64,000 bases of DNA from Acidimicrobiia bacterium (GTDB lineage: Bacteria; Actinomycetota; Acidimicrobiia; Spongiisociales; Spongiisociaceae): NCBI GenBank assembly GCA_011523635.1, contig WTGI01000013.1:17177-81176 (forward strand), in the 5' to 3' direction. This document shows positions 1 to 8,844 of this stretch, in pieces (position 1 is the first letter of the stretch; every line of letters starts with the position of its first letter). Below the pieces are notes generated by a model, which was given only the letters and a program-made list of their open reading frames with translations, made no database searches and had not been told where the DNA came from. The position numbers were made by a program, and so were the translations under genes.

Positions 1-387
1 CGGCTGCTCGGCGGCGGGGACCTACCGGGTGTCGGCCTGGCGCTGGGGCTCGACCGGATACTGTCGGCGGCCGGGCAGAGCCCTCCGGCGAGGGCCCTCG
101 ATGTGTTCCTGGTGGTGGCCGACCAGGAGCGCCGCAGCCTCGCCCACGCCTTCGCCCGTCGCCTCAGGGCAGCCGGGGTCCGGTGTGACCTGGTGGCGGG
201 CCGTCGATCCGTCAAGGCGCAGTTCCGGGCGGCCAATCGACGTGACGCGGCGTTGGCGGTGGTGATCGGCGCCGAGTGGGACCGGGGGATGGTGACGGCC
301 AAGGATCTCAGCTCGGGCGATGAGCGCACCATACCTGCCGGCGAGGTGGCGGCGTGGGTGATCGGCGGTCCGGAGGGAGGGCGCTGA
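1..387 (+). CDS. hisS: Histidyl-tRNA synthetase, C-terminal fragment (gene begins before window start)
   Basis: The frame-1 translation from position 1 (RLLGGGDLPGVGLALGLDRIL...) matches the HisRS catalytic-core C-terminus and anticodon-binding domain. The stop overlaps the aspS start (ATGA). Confidence 0.8.
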   Translation, partial: RLLGGGDLPGVGLALGLDRILSAAGQSPPARALDVFLVVADQERRSLAHAFARRLRAAGVRCDLVAGRRSVKAQFRAANRRDAALAVVIGAEWDRGMVTAKDLSSGDERTIPAGEVAAWVIGGPEGGR

Positions 388-2186
388 TGACTGCTTACCG
401 TTCCCACTTCGCCGATGAGCTCGGACCCGATCAGCTGGATCAGCATGTAAAGGTGGCCGGCTGGGTGGCTCGGGTCAGGGACCTGGGTGGCATCTCGTTC
501 TTCGACCTGAGGGACGGGCGGGGGATAGTGCAGGTGGTGGTCGACCCGGCGGTGGTCCCATCGGCATCGGACCTCCGCATGGAGTACTGCGTCCGGGTCG
601 AGGGCACGCTCCGCCGGCGGCCGGCGGGGACCGAGAACCCCGACCTTCCCACCGGGGACTTCGAGGTGGAAGCCGGGGTGCTCGAGGTGTTGAGCCGGGC
701 GGCCCCGCTCCCCTTCATGATCGACGACCGTTCCCACTCCGAGGAGCGGATCCGGCTCGAGTATCGCTATCTCGATCTGCGCCGCCCCCGCATGGCCGCA
801 AATCTGCGAGCCCGTTCCAGGTGCATCAGCGCCATCCGGCGTACCCTTGACCACCTGGGCTTCCTGGATGTGGAGACTCCCACGCTCGTCAACTCGACGC
901 CCGAGGGAGCCCGGGACTTCCTGGTGCCGAGCCGGCTGCGGCCCGGCCGGTTCTATGCCCTGCCCCAAAGCCCCCAACTCTTCAAGCAGTTGCTCATGGT
1001 GGCGGGCGTCGAGCGTTACTACCAGATCGCCCGTTGCTACCGCGACGAGGACACGCGGGCCGACCGCCAGATCGAGTTCACCCAGTTGGACCTGGAGGGA
1101 TCGTTCTGGGAACGCGAGGACGTCTTCGCCGCCATCGAGCGGGTGGTGGCGGCCGTGGTGCGAGACCTGCGCGGCATCGAACTCCCCCTACCCCTACCCA
1201 GGATCACCTACGACGAGGCGCTGGCCCGCTACGGCACCGACAAGCCCGATCTGCGGTTCGGCATGGACGTGACCGAGCTGTCGGATGCGTTCTCGGGCAC
1301 CGGCTTCCGCGGCTTCGGCGGCGCTCTCGACGCGGGGGGAGTGGTCCGGGGCATCAACGCAGGGCCGATGAGTCCCTCCCGGGCGGAACTGGACGGTCTG
1401 GTGGGCCGGGCCAGGGAATTGGGCGCAGCCGGCCTGGTCTGGGCCGTGGTCAACGAAGACGGCGGTTGGCGGTCGCCCGTGGCCAAGTTCCTGGACGGCG
1501 CCGAGATGGCGGAGGCGACCCGGATACTGGACGCATCGCCGGGCGACTTGTTGCTGCTGGTGGCCGGCGGGGCTGCCATGGCCTCCTCGGTGCTGGGCGC
1601 GATCCGTCTGGAACTGGGCCGGCCCGGTAGCCACGAGGAACTGCGTTTCGTCTGGATAGTGGACTTCCCGGTCTTCGAGACGACCGAGGGTGGTGACCTG
1701 GTCCCCTCCCACCATCCCTTCACCGCCCCGGTCTCGGTGGAGGAGATGCGCGAGCGGCCGGAGACGGCGGTGGCCCAGGCTTACGATCTCGTGCTCAACG
1801 GGTCCGAGCTGGGCTCCGGCTCCGTGCGGATCCATGACCCCGATACGCAGAGGGCCGTGTTCGAGACCCTTGGCATCTCCGATGAGGAGGCCGAGTCCCG
1901 TTTCGGCTGGTTCCTGGAGGCCCTTGCTTACGGGACACCACCCCATGCCGGTTTCGCGGTGGGGATCGATCGCCTGGTAGCCATCCTCCAGAACGAGGCC
2001 AGTATCAGGGAGGTGATCCCGTTCCCCAAGACCCAGAGCGGCGCCGATCCGCTCACGACCGCCCCCACGCGGGTGGTAGATGACCAGTTGGAGGAACTCG
2101 GTCTGGATCTCACGGCCGCCGCCAAGGCGGCCCTGGCTACTACGGACCAACCCCCGGCGGGGCCTTCCGACCCCGCCGGCTCCTGA
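387..2186 (+). CDS. aspS: Aspartyl-tRNA synthetase
   Basis: 610-aa ORF with class II AspRS motifs (FFDLRDG, QSPQLFKQLLMVAG, GLDR). A GGAGG Shine-Dalgarno sits 8 nt upstream of ATG 387. The track ORF begins at GTG 354, but the ATG at 387 is preferred. Confidence 0.93.
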   Translation: MTAYRSHFADELGPDQLDQHVKVAGWVARVRDLGGISFFDLRDGRGIVQVVVDPAVVPSASDLRMEYCVRVEGTLRRRPAGTENPDLPTGDFEVEAGVLEVLSRAAPLPFMIDDRSHSEERIRLEYRYLDLRRPRMAANLRARSRCISAIRRTLDHLGFLDVETPTLVNSTPEGARDFLVPSRLRPGRFYALPQSPQLFKQLLMVAGVERYYQIARCYRDEDTRADRQIEFTQLDLEGSFWEREDVFAAIERVVAAVVRDLRGIELPLPLPRITYDEALARYGTDKPDLRFGMDVTELSDAFSGTGFRGFGGALDAGGVVRGINAGPMSPSRAELDGLVGRARELGAAGLVWAVVNEDGGWRSPVAKFLDGAEMAEATRILDASPGDLLLLVAGGAAMASSVLGAIRLELGRPGSHEELRFVWIVDFPVFETTEGGDLVPSHHPFTAPVSVEEMRERPETAVAQAYDLVLNGSELGSGSVRIHDPDTQRAVFETLGISDEEAESRFGWFLEALAYGTPPHAGFAVGIDRLVAILQNEASIREVIPFPKTQSGADPLTTAPTRVVDDQLEELGLDLTAAAKAALATTDQPPAGPSDPAGS

Positions 2187-2198
2187 CCGGTAACCGGG

Positions 2199-3569
2199 AT
2201 GCCGTCCGAGCCCGACCTGTTCTCGGCCGGCCGGGAGAGACGCCGGCGCCGGGTGGCCCCGCTGGCCGACCGCATGCGTCCCAGGTCCTTGCCAGAGGTG
2301 GTGGGCCAGCCCGATCTGCTGGGGAAGGGCGCCGCCTTCCGCGCCATGGTCGAATCCGGCCGGCTGGTGTCCGTCCTCCTCTTCGGACCGCCGGGTACCG
2401 GGAAGACGACCCTGGCCCGGCTCATGGCCTCCGAAAGCGACGCGGCCTTCGAGCAGCTGACCGCGTCCGCTCACGGGGTGCGTGACGTCCGCCGCGTCCT
2501 GGAAGGAGCCGAGCGCCGGCTCGGGGAGGACGGGAATCGAACGGTGCTCTTCCTGGACGAGATCCATCGCTTCAACAAGGCTCAGCAGGACGCCCTCCTG
2601 CCCGGGGTCGAGAACGGCACCGTCATACTCGTCGGCGCTACCACCGAGAACCCGTTCTTCGAGGTCAACTCCCCCCTGATCAGCCGATGCACCCTGTTCC
2701 GCCTGGTTCCGCTCTCCGCTGCCGAAGTGGTCGGGCTGCTCGAGCGGGCTCTGACCGACCGTGAGAGGGGGCTGGGCGCCGCAGGGATGGCGATCGACCC
2801 GGCGGCGGCCGAAGCCCTGGCCGGTCGGGCGGGAGGAGACGCCCGACTGTCGCTCAACGTCCTGGAACTGGCCGCCATCGTGGCCGGCGGCGGAGGACGG
2901 ACCACCATCACGTACCACGATGTGGAGGAGGCCCTCCAGCGCCGCATCATCCGCTACGACAAGAAGGGCGACCAGCACTACGACGTCATCTCGGCCTTCA
3001 TAAAGTCGATGCGGGGCTCCGACCCCGACGCCGCCCTCTACTGGCTCCACACCATGCTGTGGGCCGGGGAGGACCCCGAGTTCGTGGCACGACGGATGGT
3101 CATCTTCGCCTCCGAGGACGTCGGCATGGCCGACCCGGACGCTCTGGTCCAGGCGGTTGCGGCCGCCCACGCTCTGGCGATGGTCGGCCTGCCCGAGGCG
3201 GCCTACAACCTGTCGCAGGCCGCGATCTACCTGGCCGCCGCCCCCAAGTCCGACTCGGTGAAGCGATCGATGGGTGCGACCCGGCGGGCGGTCGACGAGA
3301 CCCCCGCCGCAACCGTCCCCGCCCACCTGCGCTCCACCGGCGGACGGCTGGTGTCGTCCCAGGTGGACGGCATGCCGGCGGGCTACGTGGATCCCCACAC
3401 GGGACCGGGACACCTCGTTCCCCAGCCTTACCTACCGGAGCAGATGGAGGGGAGGATCCTCTACCGGCCCACCCACCAGGGCCGGGAGGCGGGCGTCGCC
3501 GAGCGGCTCGAGGAATGGGACAAGGTCATGGGCCGTCCCGCGCGCAGTACCAACCCGGGCCAGAGCTAG
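2199..3569 (+). CDS. rarA: Replication-associated recombination protein A (AAA+ ATPase RarA/MgsA)
   Basis: Walker A motif LFGPPGTGKTTLARL and an MgsA C-terminal domain; 456 aa. Confidence 0.9.
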   Translation: MPSEPDLFSAGRERRRRRVAPLADRMRPRSLPEVVGQPDLLGKGAAFRAMVESGRLVSVLLFGPPGTGKTTLARLMASESDAAFEQLTASAHGVRDVRRVLEGAERRLGEDGNRTVLFLDEIHRFNKAQQDALLPGVENGTVILVGATTENPFFEVNSPLISRCTLFRLVPLSAAEVVGLLERALTDRERGLGAAGMAIDPAAAEALAGRAGGDARLSLNVLELAAIVAGGGGRTTITYHDVEEALQRRIIRYDKKGDQHYDVISAFIKSMRGSDPDAALYWLHTMLWAGEDPEFVARRMVIFASEDVGMADPDALVQAVAAAHALAMVGLPEAAYNLSQAAIYLAAAPKSDSVKRSMGATRRAVDETPAATVPAHLRSTGGRLVSSQVDGMPAGYVDPHTGPGHLVPQPYLPEQMEGRILYRPTHQGREAGVAERLEEWDKVMGRPARSTNPGQS

Positions 3570-3609
3570 CCGGTGGTTGGTGGTCAGTGGTTTTCAGCAT
3601 AATCTAACA

Positions 3610-3649
3610 TCAACTAGCAACTAGGAACTAGCAACTAGAAACTAGGAAC
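3610..3649. repeat. Tandem heptamer repeat (CAACTAG-like) x5.5 in the rarA-alaS intergenic region
   Basis: Direct read: CAACTAG CAACTAG GAACTAG CAACTAG AAACTAG GAACT. Stop codons are present in all six frames. Confidence 0.8.
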
Positions 3650-3668
3650 TGGCGCTAACCTGCATCGG

Positions 3669-6290
3669 ATGCGAGCCAATGCCATCCGGCGCGCCTTCAC
3701 CGACTTCTTCGCCGAGCGCCGCCACGTTGTCCGGCCGTCCGCGTCGTTGATCCCCACCGATCCCACCTTGCTGGTGACCAACGCCGGAATGGTCCCGTTC
3801 AAGCCCTATTTCCTGGGCGAGGAGGAGCCGCCCTGGCCCCGGGCGGTCAGCATCCAGAAGTGCGTGCGGACGGTCGACATCGACATCATCGGCACCACTG
3901 CTCGCCACCTGACCATGTTCGAGATGCTCGGGAACTTCTCGTTCGGTGATTACTTCAAGGAACTGGCCATTCGCTACGCCTTCGACTTCGTCACCGGGCC
4001 GCTCGGTCTGGATCCCGAACGTCTCTGGTACACGGTCTACAAGACCGATGACGAGGCGGAGGAAATCTGGATCGACTCGATAGGGGTTCCACCTGATCGG
4101 GTGCAGCGGGGCGGTAAGGACAACTTCTGGCAGATGGGCATTCCCGGTCCGTGCGGTCCGTGCTCGGAGATCTTCATCGACCGGGGCCCTGCCTACGGGC
4201 CTGACGGAGGCCCGATCGGTGGTGGCGAGGACCGGTTCGTGGAGCTCTGGAACCTGGTCTTCATGCAGAATATCCAGGATGAGCCCTATCACGTTGTCGG
4301 CGAAATCCCCGCCAAGGGGATCGATACCGGTACCGGGCTGGAGCGTCTGGCCATGATCCTCCAGGGAGTGGACACCCTCTTCGAGGCCGACTGCGTCCAT
4401 GACGTGCTGGCGGCCGCGTCGGGCGCCCTGGGCCGGACCTATGGAGAGGATGAACGGGTCGACGTGACGCTTCGCCTGCTCGCCGACCACGCCCGCGCAT
4501 CCACGTTCCTGATCGGCGACCGCGCCCTACCCGGAAACGAAGGCCGGGGTTACGTGGTGAGGCGCCTGATCCGTCGCGCGGTCCGCCACGCCTGGCAGCT
4601 GGGTAGCGAGAGCCTCATCATGCCCCGCCTGGCCGGGGTGACCGCCGACATCATGGAGGACGCCTACCCGGAACTGAAGGCCGACCTCGACTTCATCCAG
4701 CATGTCTTCGAGCGGGAGGAGTCCCGATTCCGGCGCACCCTCGCGGCCGGCACCCAGATGCTGGACGAGGCGCTGGTGGGTTCGGAGCCGGGCGGTGCCG
4801 TGTCCGGCGCTCTGGCCTTCAAGCTGCATGACACGTACGGCTTCCCGATCGACCTCACCCGGGAGATCGTGGAGGAGCAGCAGCGCGCGGTGGACCTGGA
4901 CGGATTCGAGGCCGAGATGGCCGCCCAGCGGGCCCGGGCCAAGGCCGCCTGGAAGGGGGGTGCGGAGGCGGTCCGCGTCGAGTCCTACAAGCGGATCCTC
5001 GACACCATCGGCCCCACCGACTTCCTGGGCTACATCAAGGATGATACGCCCGCCCTGATCCTCGCCATCCTCCGTGAGGGGGAGCTGGTGGAGAGGGCCG
5101 AGGAGGGTCAGGAGGTGGAAGTCTTCCTGGACAGGTCGCCCTTCTATGCCGAGGCCGGCGGGCAGGTGGGTGACGTCGGGCTGATCGAGTCGGTTACCGG
5201 ACGGATCGAGGTGGGCGACACGCAGGCGGCCGTGACCGGCTTGCACGGCCACCACGGCAGGGTGACGAGCGGCTCCGTCCAGACCGGCCAGGAAGTGGAT
5301 GCCCGTATCGACAGCCCCAGGCGAGACCGCATCCGCAAGGCCCACACCGGCACGCACCTTCTTCATTGGGCGCTCCGGGAAGTCATAGGGGGGCACGCCA
5401 ACCAGGCCGGTTCGCTGGTCCAGGACGGGCGCCTCCGGTTTGATTTCAACCACTACACGGCGGTGCCCGCCGAAGAACTCGGCGAGGTGGAGCAGTTGGT
5501 CAACCAGCGGGTAGTGGACAACCACCGGGTGGGCCTGCTCGAGACGTCCAAGGACGAGGCCGAGGCGATGGGGGCGCTGGCCTTCTTCGGCGACAAGTAC
5601 GGTGAGCGGGTGCGGGTGGTCTCGGTGGGCGACTTCTCGGTCGAGTTCTGCGGAGGCACCCATGTGGGCAGCTCGGCGGAGGTAGGGCCGCTGCTGGTCA
5701 CCTCCGAGTCCTCCATCGGATCGAACGTGCGCAGGGTGGAGGCTCTGACCGGTATGGCGGCCTACTCCCATGCCAGGGAAGCAAGGGAGCAACTGACCGA
5801 CGTAGGTCGTTTCCTCGGCCTGTCGATGTCGGAGGTTCCGGCAGGAGTGCGCCGGCTGGCCGAGCGGGCCGACGCCCTCCAGAGCGAATTGGATCAGCGC
5901 CGCCGGCAGGAGAGGACTGCGATCGCCGCCGATCTGGCCGGCGCCGCCCGGCGTACCGGGGATACCTCGTGGCTGGTGGCCGAACTCGACGATCATGCCC
6001 CGGTGGCGTTGCGCCAGGTGGGAGCGCAGGTCAGGGACCGGCTCGGGTCCGGTGTCGTGGTACTGGGTAGCCGGGCTGGCGGCAAGGGGGCGCTGGTCGG
6101 CCTGGCGACCCGTGATCTCGTCGACCAGGGTATTTCGGTGGCCGACCTGGTGCTGGTGGGCGCCAAGCTCCTCGGCGGAGGCGGCAGTCGCGATCCCGAA
6201 CTGTCACAGGCAGGCGGACCCAGGGGCGACAAGGTGGGCGAGGCTCTGGACGCGATTCGGGAGGCGGTGGCACGCCGTCTGAGTGCCTGA
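3669..6290 (+). CDS. alaS: Alanyl-tRNA synthetase
   Basis: 873-aa ORF with class II AlaRS editing and catalytic motifs, including the HTGTHLLH zinc-binding motif. Confidence 0.95.
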   Translation: MRANAIRRAFTDFFAERRHVVRPSASLIPTDPTLLVTNAGMVPFKPYFLGEEEPPWPRAVSIQKCVRTVDIDIIGTTARHLTMFEMLGNFSFGDYFKELAIRYAFDFVTGPLGLDPERLWYTVYKTDDEAEEIWIDSIGVPPDRVQRGGKDNFWQMGIPGPCGPCSEIFIDRGPAYGPDGGPIGGGEDRFVELWNLVFMQNIQDEPYHVVGEIPAKGIDTGTGLERLAMILQGVDTLFEADCVHDVLAAASGALGRTYGEDERVDVTLRLLADHARASTFLIGDRALPGNEGRGYVVRRLIRRAVRHAWQLGSESLIMPRLAGVTADIMEDAYPELKADLDFIQHVFEREESRFRRTLAAGTQMLDEALVGSEPGGAVSGALAFKLHDTYGFPIDLTREIVEEQQRAVDLDGFEAEMAAQRARAKAAWKGGAEAVRVESYKRILDTIGPTDFLGYIKDDTPALILAILREGELVERAEEGQEVEVFLDRSPFYAEAGGQVGDVGLIESVTGRIEVGDTQAAVTGLHGHHGRVTSGSVQTGQEVDARIDSPRRDRIRKAHTGTHLLHWALREVIGGHANQAGSLVQDGRLRFDFNHYTAVPAEELGEVEQLVNQRVVDNHRVGLLETSKDEAEAMGALAFFGDKYGERVRVVSVGDFSVEFCGGTHVGSSAEVGPLLVTSESSIGSNVRRVEALTGMAAYSHAREAREQLTDVGRFLGLSMSEVPAGVRRLAERADALQSELDQRRRQERTAIAADLAGAARRTGDTSWLVAELDDHAPVALRQVGAQVRDRLGSGVVVLGSRAGGKGALVGLATRDLVDQGISVADLVLVGAKLLGGGGSRDPELSQAGGPRGDKVGEALDAIREAVARRLSA

Positions 6291-6733
6291 TGAGCGCCGG
6301 ACCGGAAGGAGCCAGCCGCATCATGGGCATCGACTACGGAAGCCGGCGCGTGGGCGTTGCGCTTTCCGACCGTCTCGGTATCGCGGCCCATCCCTTCGGA
6401 GTGTTCGAGGCGGGCCCCGGGCTCGGACGCCGGTTGGCCGACCTGGTCGGCTCGGAGGATGTGGACAAGGTGGTGGTGGGGCTGCCGGTCTCGCTCGATG
6501 GCACCGAACAGGCGGCCGCCCGCAGGACCCGCCGGTTCGTCGATCGGCTCCGGCCCCTCGTGGGGGTGGACGTGGTCCTGTATGACGAGCGGCTCACCAC
6601 CCGGATCGCGGAAGGCGTCCTGGTGGCGGCCGGGACCTCCCGTGCTAAGCGCCGCCGACGGATCGACAAGGTGGCGGCCGCGGTGATGCTCCAGGGTTAT
6701 CTCGATAGCCAAGCCCGCGCGAGGGTCGAATGA
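6290..6733 (+). CDS. ruvX: Putative pre-16S rRNA nuclease / Holliday junction resolvase-like YqgF
   Basis: GIDYGSRRVGVALSD RNase H-like motif. The more likely start is ATG 6323 (MGIDYG), which has a GGAAGGAG SD upstream; the track start at 6290 overlaps the alaS stop. Confidence 0.85.
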   Translation: MSAGPEGASRIMGIDYGSRRVGVALSDRLGIAAHPFGVFEAGPGLGRRLADLVGSEDVDKVVVGLPVSLDGTEQAAARRTRRFVDRLRPLVGVDVVLYDERLTTRIAEGVLVAAGTSRAKRRRRIDKVAAAVMLQGYLDSQARARVE

Positions 6734-7857
6734 GTGCGTACCGGCGACCGGACGTTCCACCGGAGGGTTACAACCGAGGTCAGGACCGATTGCTTATCCG
6801 AGCCCGAGGCGCCATCACCGGCCTTCTCGTAGCTGCCGTCGTCGCCTACGCCCTGGTGGTGGGGGGCGCCGGCCTGGGCGACTGGGTCAACCGGCTGGGC
6901 GGGCTCCGTGGAGGGGATCAGACCGCCGAGGTCGAGCCGGGTCGCACCGTGGTGGTGGAAATCCCGTCAGGGTCCAGCGCCCGTAGCATCGCCGGCATCC
7001 TCGTGGGCAACGGCGTGGTGCCCTCCGCCATCGAGTTCGAGTCGTTGGTCCGGACGCGTGAGGCAGGCAGCCTCCTCAAGGCCGGTACCTACGAGTTGGT
7101 TACCGGGACCGACCTCGACGAGATCGTGGACCTCCTCATAGCGGGGCCGTCCCTCGATGTGTTCCGGGTGACGGTGGTTGAGGGACTCCGGCTCGCCGAG
7201 CTCCTGGACGTGCTGGCCCAGGCCACCCGCAACTATTCGGAGGAGGACTTCACGGCGGCCCTCCTGAGCGGGGACGTGACATCCGCCTACCTGCCCGTCG
7301 GTCTCGACAGGACGGTATGGGAGGGCCTCCTGTTCCCGGCTACCTACGAGTTCTTTGGTAACGCCACACCGGCCGAGATGCTGCAAAGGCTGGCTACCGA
7401 GCTGGAGCGACGTCTGGAGACGTACGACTGGTCCGCGGTTACCGGGCGAGGACTCTCGGTGTACGAAGGCCTGGTGATGGCCTCTCTGGTGGAGGCCGAG
7501 GCCGGTACGGATGAGGACCGGCCGCTGATCGCCAGCGTTATCAATAACCGGCTGGAGCGGGGCATGCCGCTCCAGATCGACGCCACCGTTCTCTACGCCA
7601 TGGCGGACCGGGGCCGGTCGCCGACGCTCGAGGACCTCCAGTTCGAGTCCCCTTACAACACCTACCTGATAGCCGGTCTCCCGCCGACGCCGATCGGTGC
7701 GGCAGGCGCCAAGTCCATCGAAGCGGTCATCGACCCGGCGGACACCGACTACCTCTATTACGTTCTCACCTCGGAGGACGGCGCCCACTCCTTCTTCAGC
7801 GACTACGACGACTTCCTGGTGGCCAAGCAGCAAGCGGACGCCCTGGGGATCGGCTGA
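6730..7857 (+). CDS. mltG: Endolytic murein transglycosylase MltG (YceG family)
   Basis: N-terminal TM helix followed by a YceG domain (…YLYYVLTSEDGAHSFFSDYDDF…). It occupies the conserved position after ruvX. Confidence 0.85.
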   Translation: MSAYRRPDVPPEGYNRGQDRLLIRARGAITGLLVAAVVAYALVVGGAGLGDWVNRLGGLRGGDQTAEVEPGRTVVVEIPSGSSARSIAGILVGNGVVPSAIEFESLVRTREAGSLLKAGTYELVTGTDLDEIVDLLIAGPSLDVFRVTVVEGLRLAELLDVLAQATRNYSEEDFTAALLSGDVTSAYLPVGLDRTVWEGLLFPATYEFFGNATPAEMLQRLATELERRLETYDWSAVTGRGLSVYEGLVMASLVEAEAGTDEDRPLIASVINNRLERGMPLQIDATVLYAMADRGRSPTLEDLQFESPYNTYLIAGLPPTPIGAAGAKSIEAVIDPADTDYLYYVLTSEDGAHSFFSDYDDFLVAKQQADALGIG

Positions 7858-7862
7858 TCCGG

Positions 7863-8675
7863 ATGGTCGACCTCCGCCTGGCGGTCCTCGGCGACCCGGT
7901 GGCCCATTCGCTCTCGCCGGTCATCCACGCCGCCGCGCTGGAGTTCGCCGGACTCGAGGGCACGTACAGCAGGCGCCGGGTTGACCACCGCGGCATGAGA
8001 CGGGCGGCGGACGATCTCCGATCCGGGCGCCTGACCGGCGCCAACGTGACGATGCCCCATAAGGCTCTGGCAGCCGGGTTGGCCGACCGGCGCTCGGGAG
8101 CCGTGGTCCGCTCGGGCGGCGCCAATACCCTCTGGATGGAGGACAGCCGGCTTCATGCCGACTCCACCGACCCCCAAGGGGTGCGCTTCGCCTGGCGGCA
8201 CGCCCGACTCCCGGCCGATGCTCCGGTGTTGCTGCTGGGCGCGGGTTCCGCCGCCGCCGCGGCCCTCCTGGCTCTGGCCGATCACGAGGTCTTCGTGGCG
8301 GCGCGGCGTCCGGAAGCAGCCCATCAGCTGGTAGCCCGAGTGGGCGCCACGGCCGGGGTGGCTCCGTGGGGGGAGCCGGTGCCGGGTGCGGTACTGGTCA
8401 ACGCCACCCCGCTCGGCATGCGTGGCGAGGCCCTCCCGGCCGGCGTGTTGGACGAGGCGGGGGGTCTGGTGGAACTGGCCTACGGCGGCGGGCCGACCCC
8501 GGCCGAAGCTGTGCTGGCGGCGCGGAACCTGCCGGTCGCGTCGGGGGAGTTGGTGCTGGTCGGCCAGGGGGCGGCTTCGTTCGCCATCTGGACCGGTGTG
8601 GAGGTGCCTCCTAGCGTCATGCTGGCGGCGCTCGCCGGACACGGCGATCCGCCCACCGAGCCCGCGACCCGCTAG
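7863..8675 (+). CDS. aroE: Shikimate dehydrogenase
   Basis: N-terminus LAVLGDPVAHSLSPVIHAAA, and a Rossmann GAGSAAAAA motif. Confidence 0.85.
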   Translation: MVDLRLAVLGDPVAHSLSPVIHAAALEFAGLEGTYSRRRVDHRGMRRAADDLRSGRLTGANVTMPHKALAAGLADRRSGAVVRSGGANTLWMEDSRLHADSTDPQGVRFAWRHARLPADAPVLLLGAGSAAAAALLALADHEVFVAARRPEAAHQLVARVGATAGVAPWGEPVPGAVLVNATPLGMRGEALPAGVLDEAGGLVELAYGGGPTPAEAVLAARNLPVASGELVLVGQGAASFAIWTGVEVPPSVMLAALAGHGDPPTEPATR

Positions 8676-8839
8676 TGGTCTGTCTGCGAAACAGCTCGGC
8701 GTGTTATGGCGGTCATCGGAGTCCCGTCGCTGCGTTCCGCTTCCTTGACGTACCGCTGCGGGTACGCCTTCGTCAGCGGGCCTTGCGAGGAACACCGCTG
8801 CCGACGCCATACCACACCGCCATTCCGCAGACAGACCAC
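8675..8839. repeat. 165-bp element bounded by a perfect 14-bp inverted repeat (GTGGTCTGTCTGCG ... CGCAGACAGACCAC), with internal hairpins
   Basis: Direct read of arms at 8675-8688 and 8826-8839. There is an internal GTACC-GCTGCG-GGTAC hairpin. The element lies between the aroE stop and the peptidase start. Confidence 0.7.
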
Positions 8840-8844
8840 TGACG

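Noticed and set aside
1194-3413. 739-aa ORF on the minus strand spanning aspS and rarA
   Set aside because: It is antisense to two well-supported housekeeping genes. It has Gly/Arg/Pro-rich low-complexity composition typical of stop-free antisense frames in ~68% GC DNA, with no domain signal.
3610-3649. Whether the CAACTAG arrays are a CRISPR array
   Set aside because: The units are 7 nt with no unique spacers and no cas genes in the window; they are tandem microsatellite-like repeats, not CRISPR.
4527-5996. 489-aa minus-strand ORF inside alaS
   Set aside because: It is antisense to alaS, has compositional-artefact character, and no recognisable motifs.
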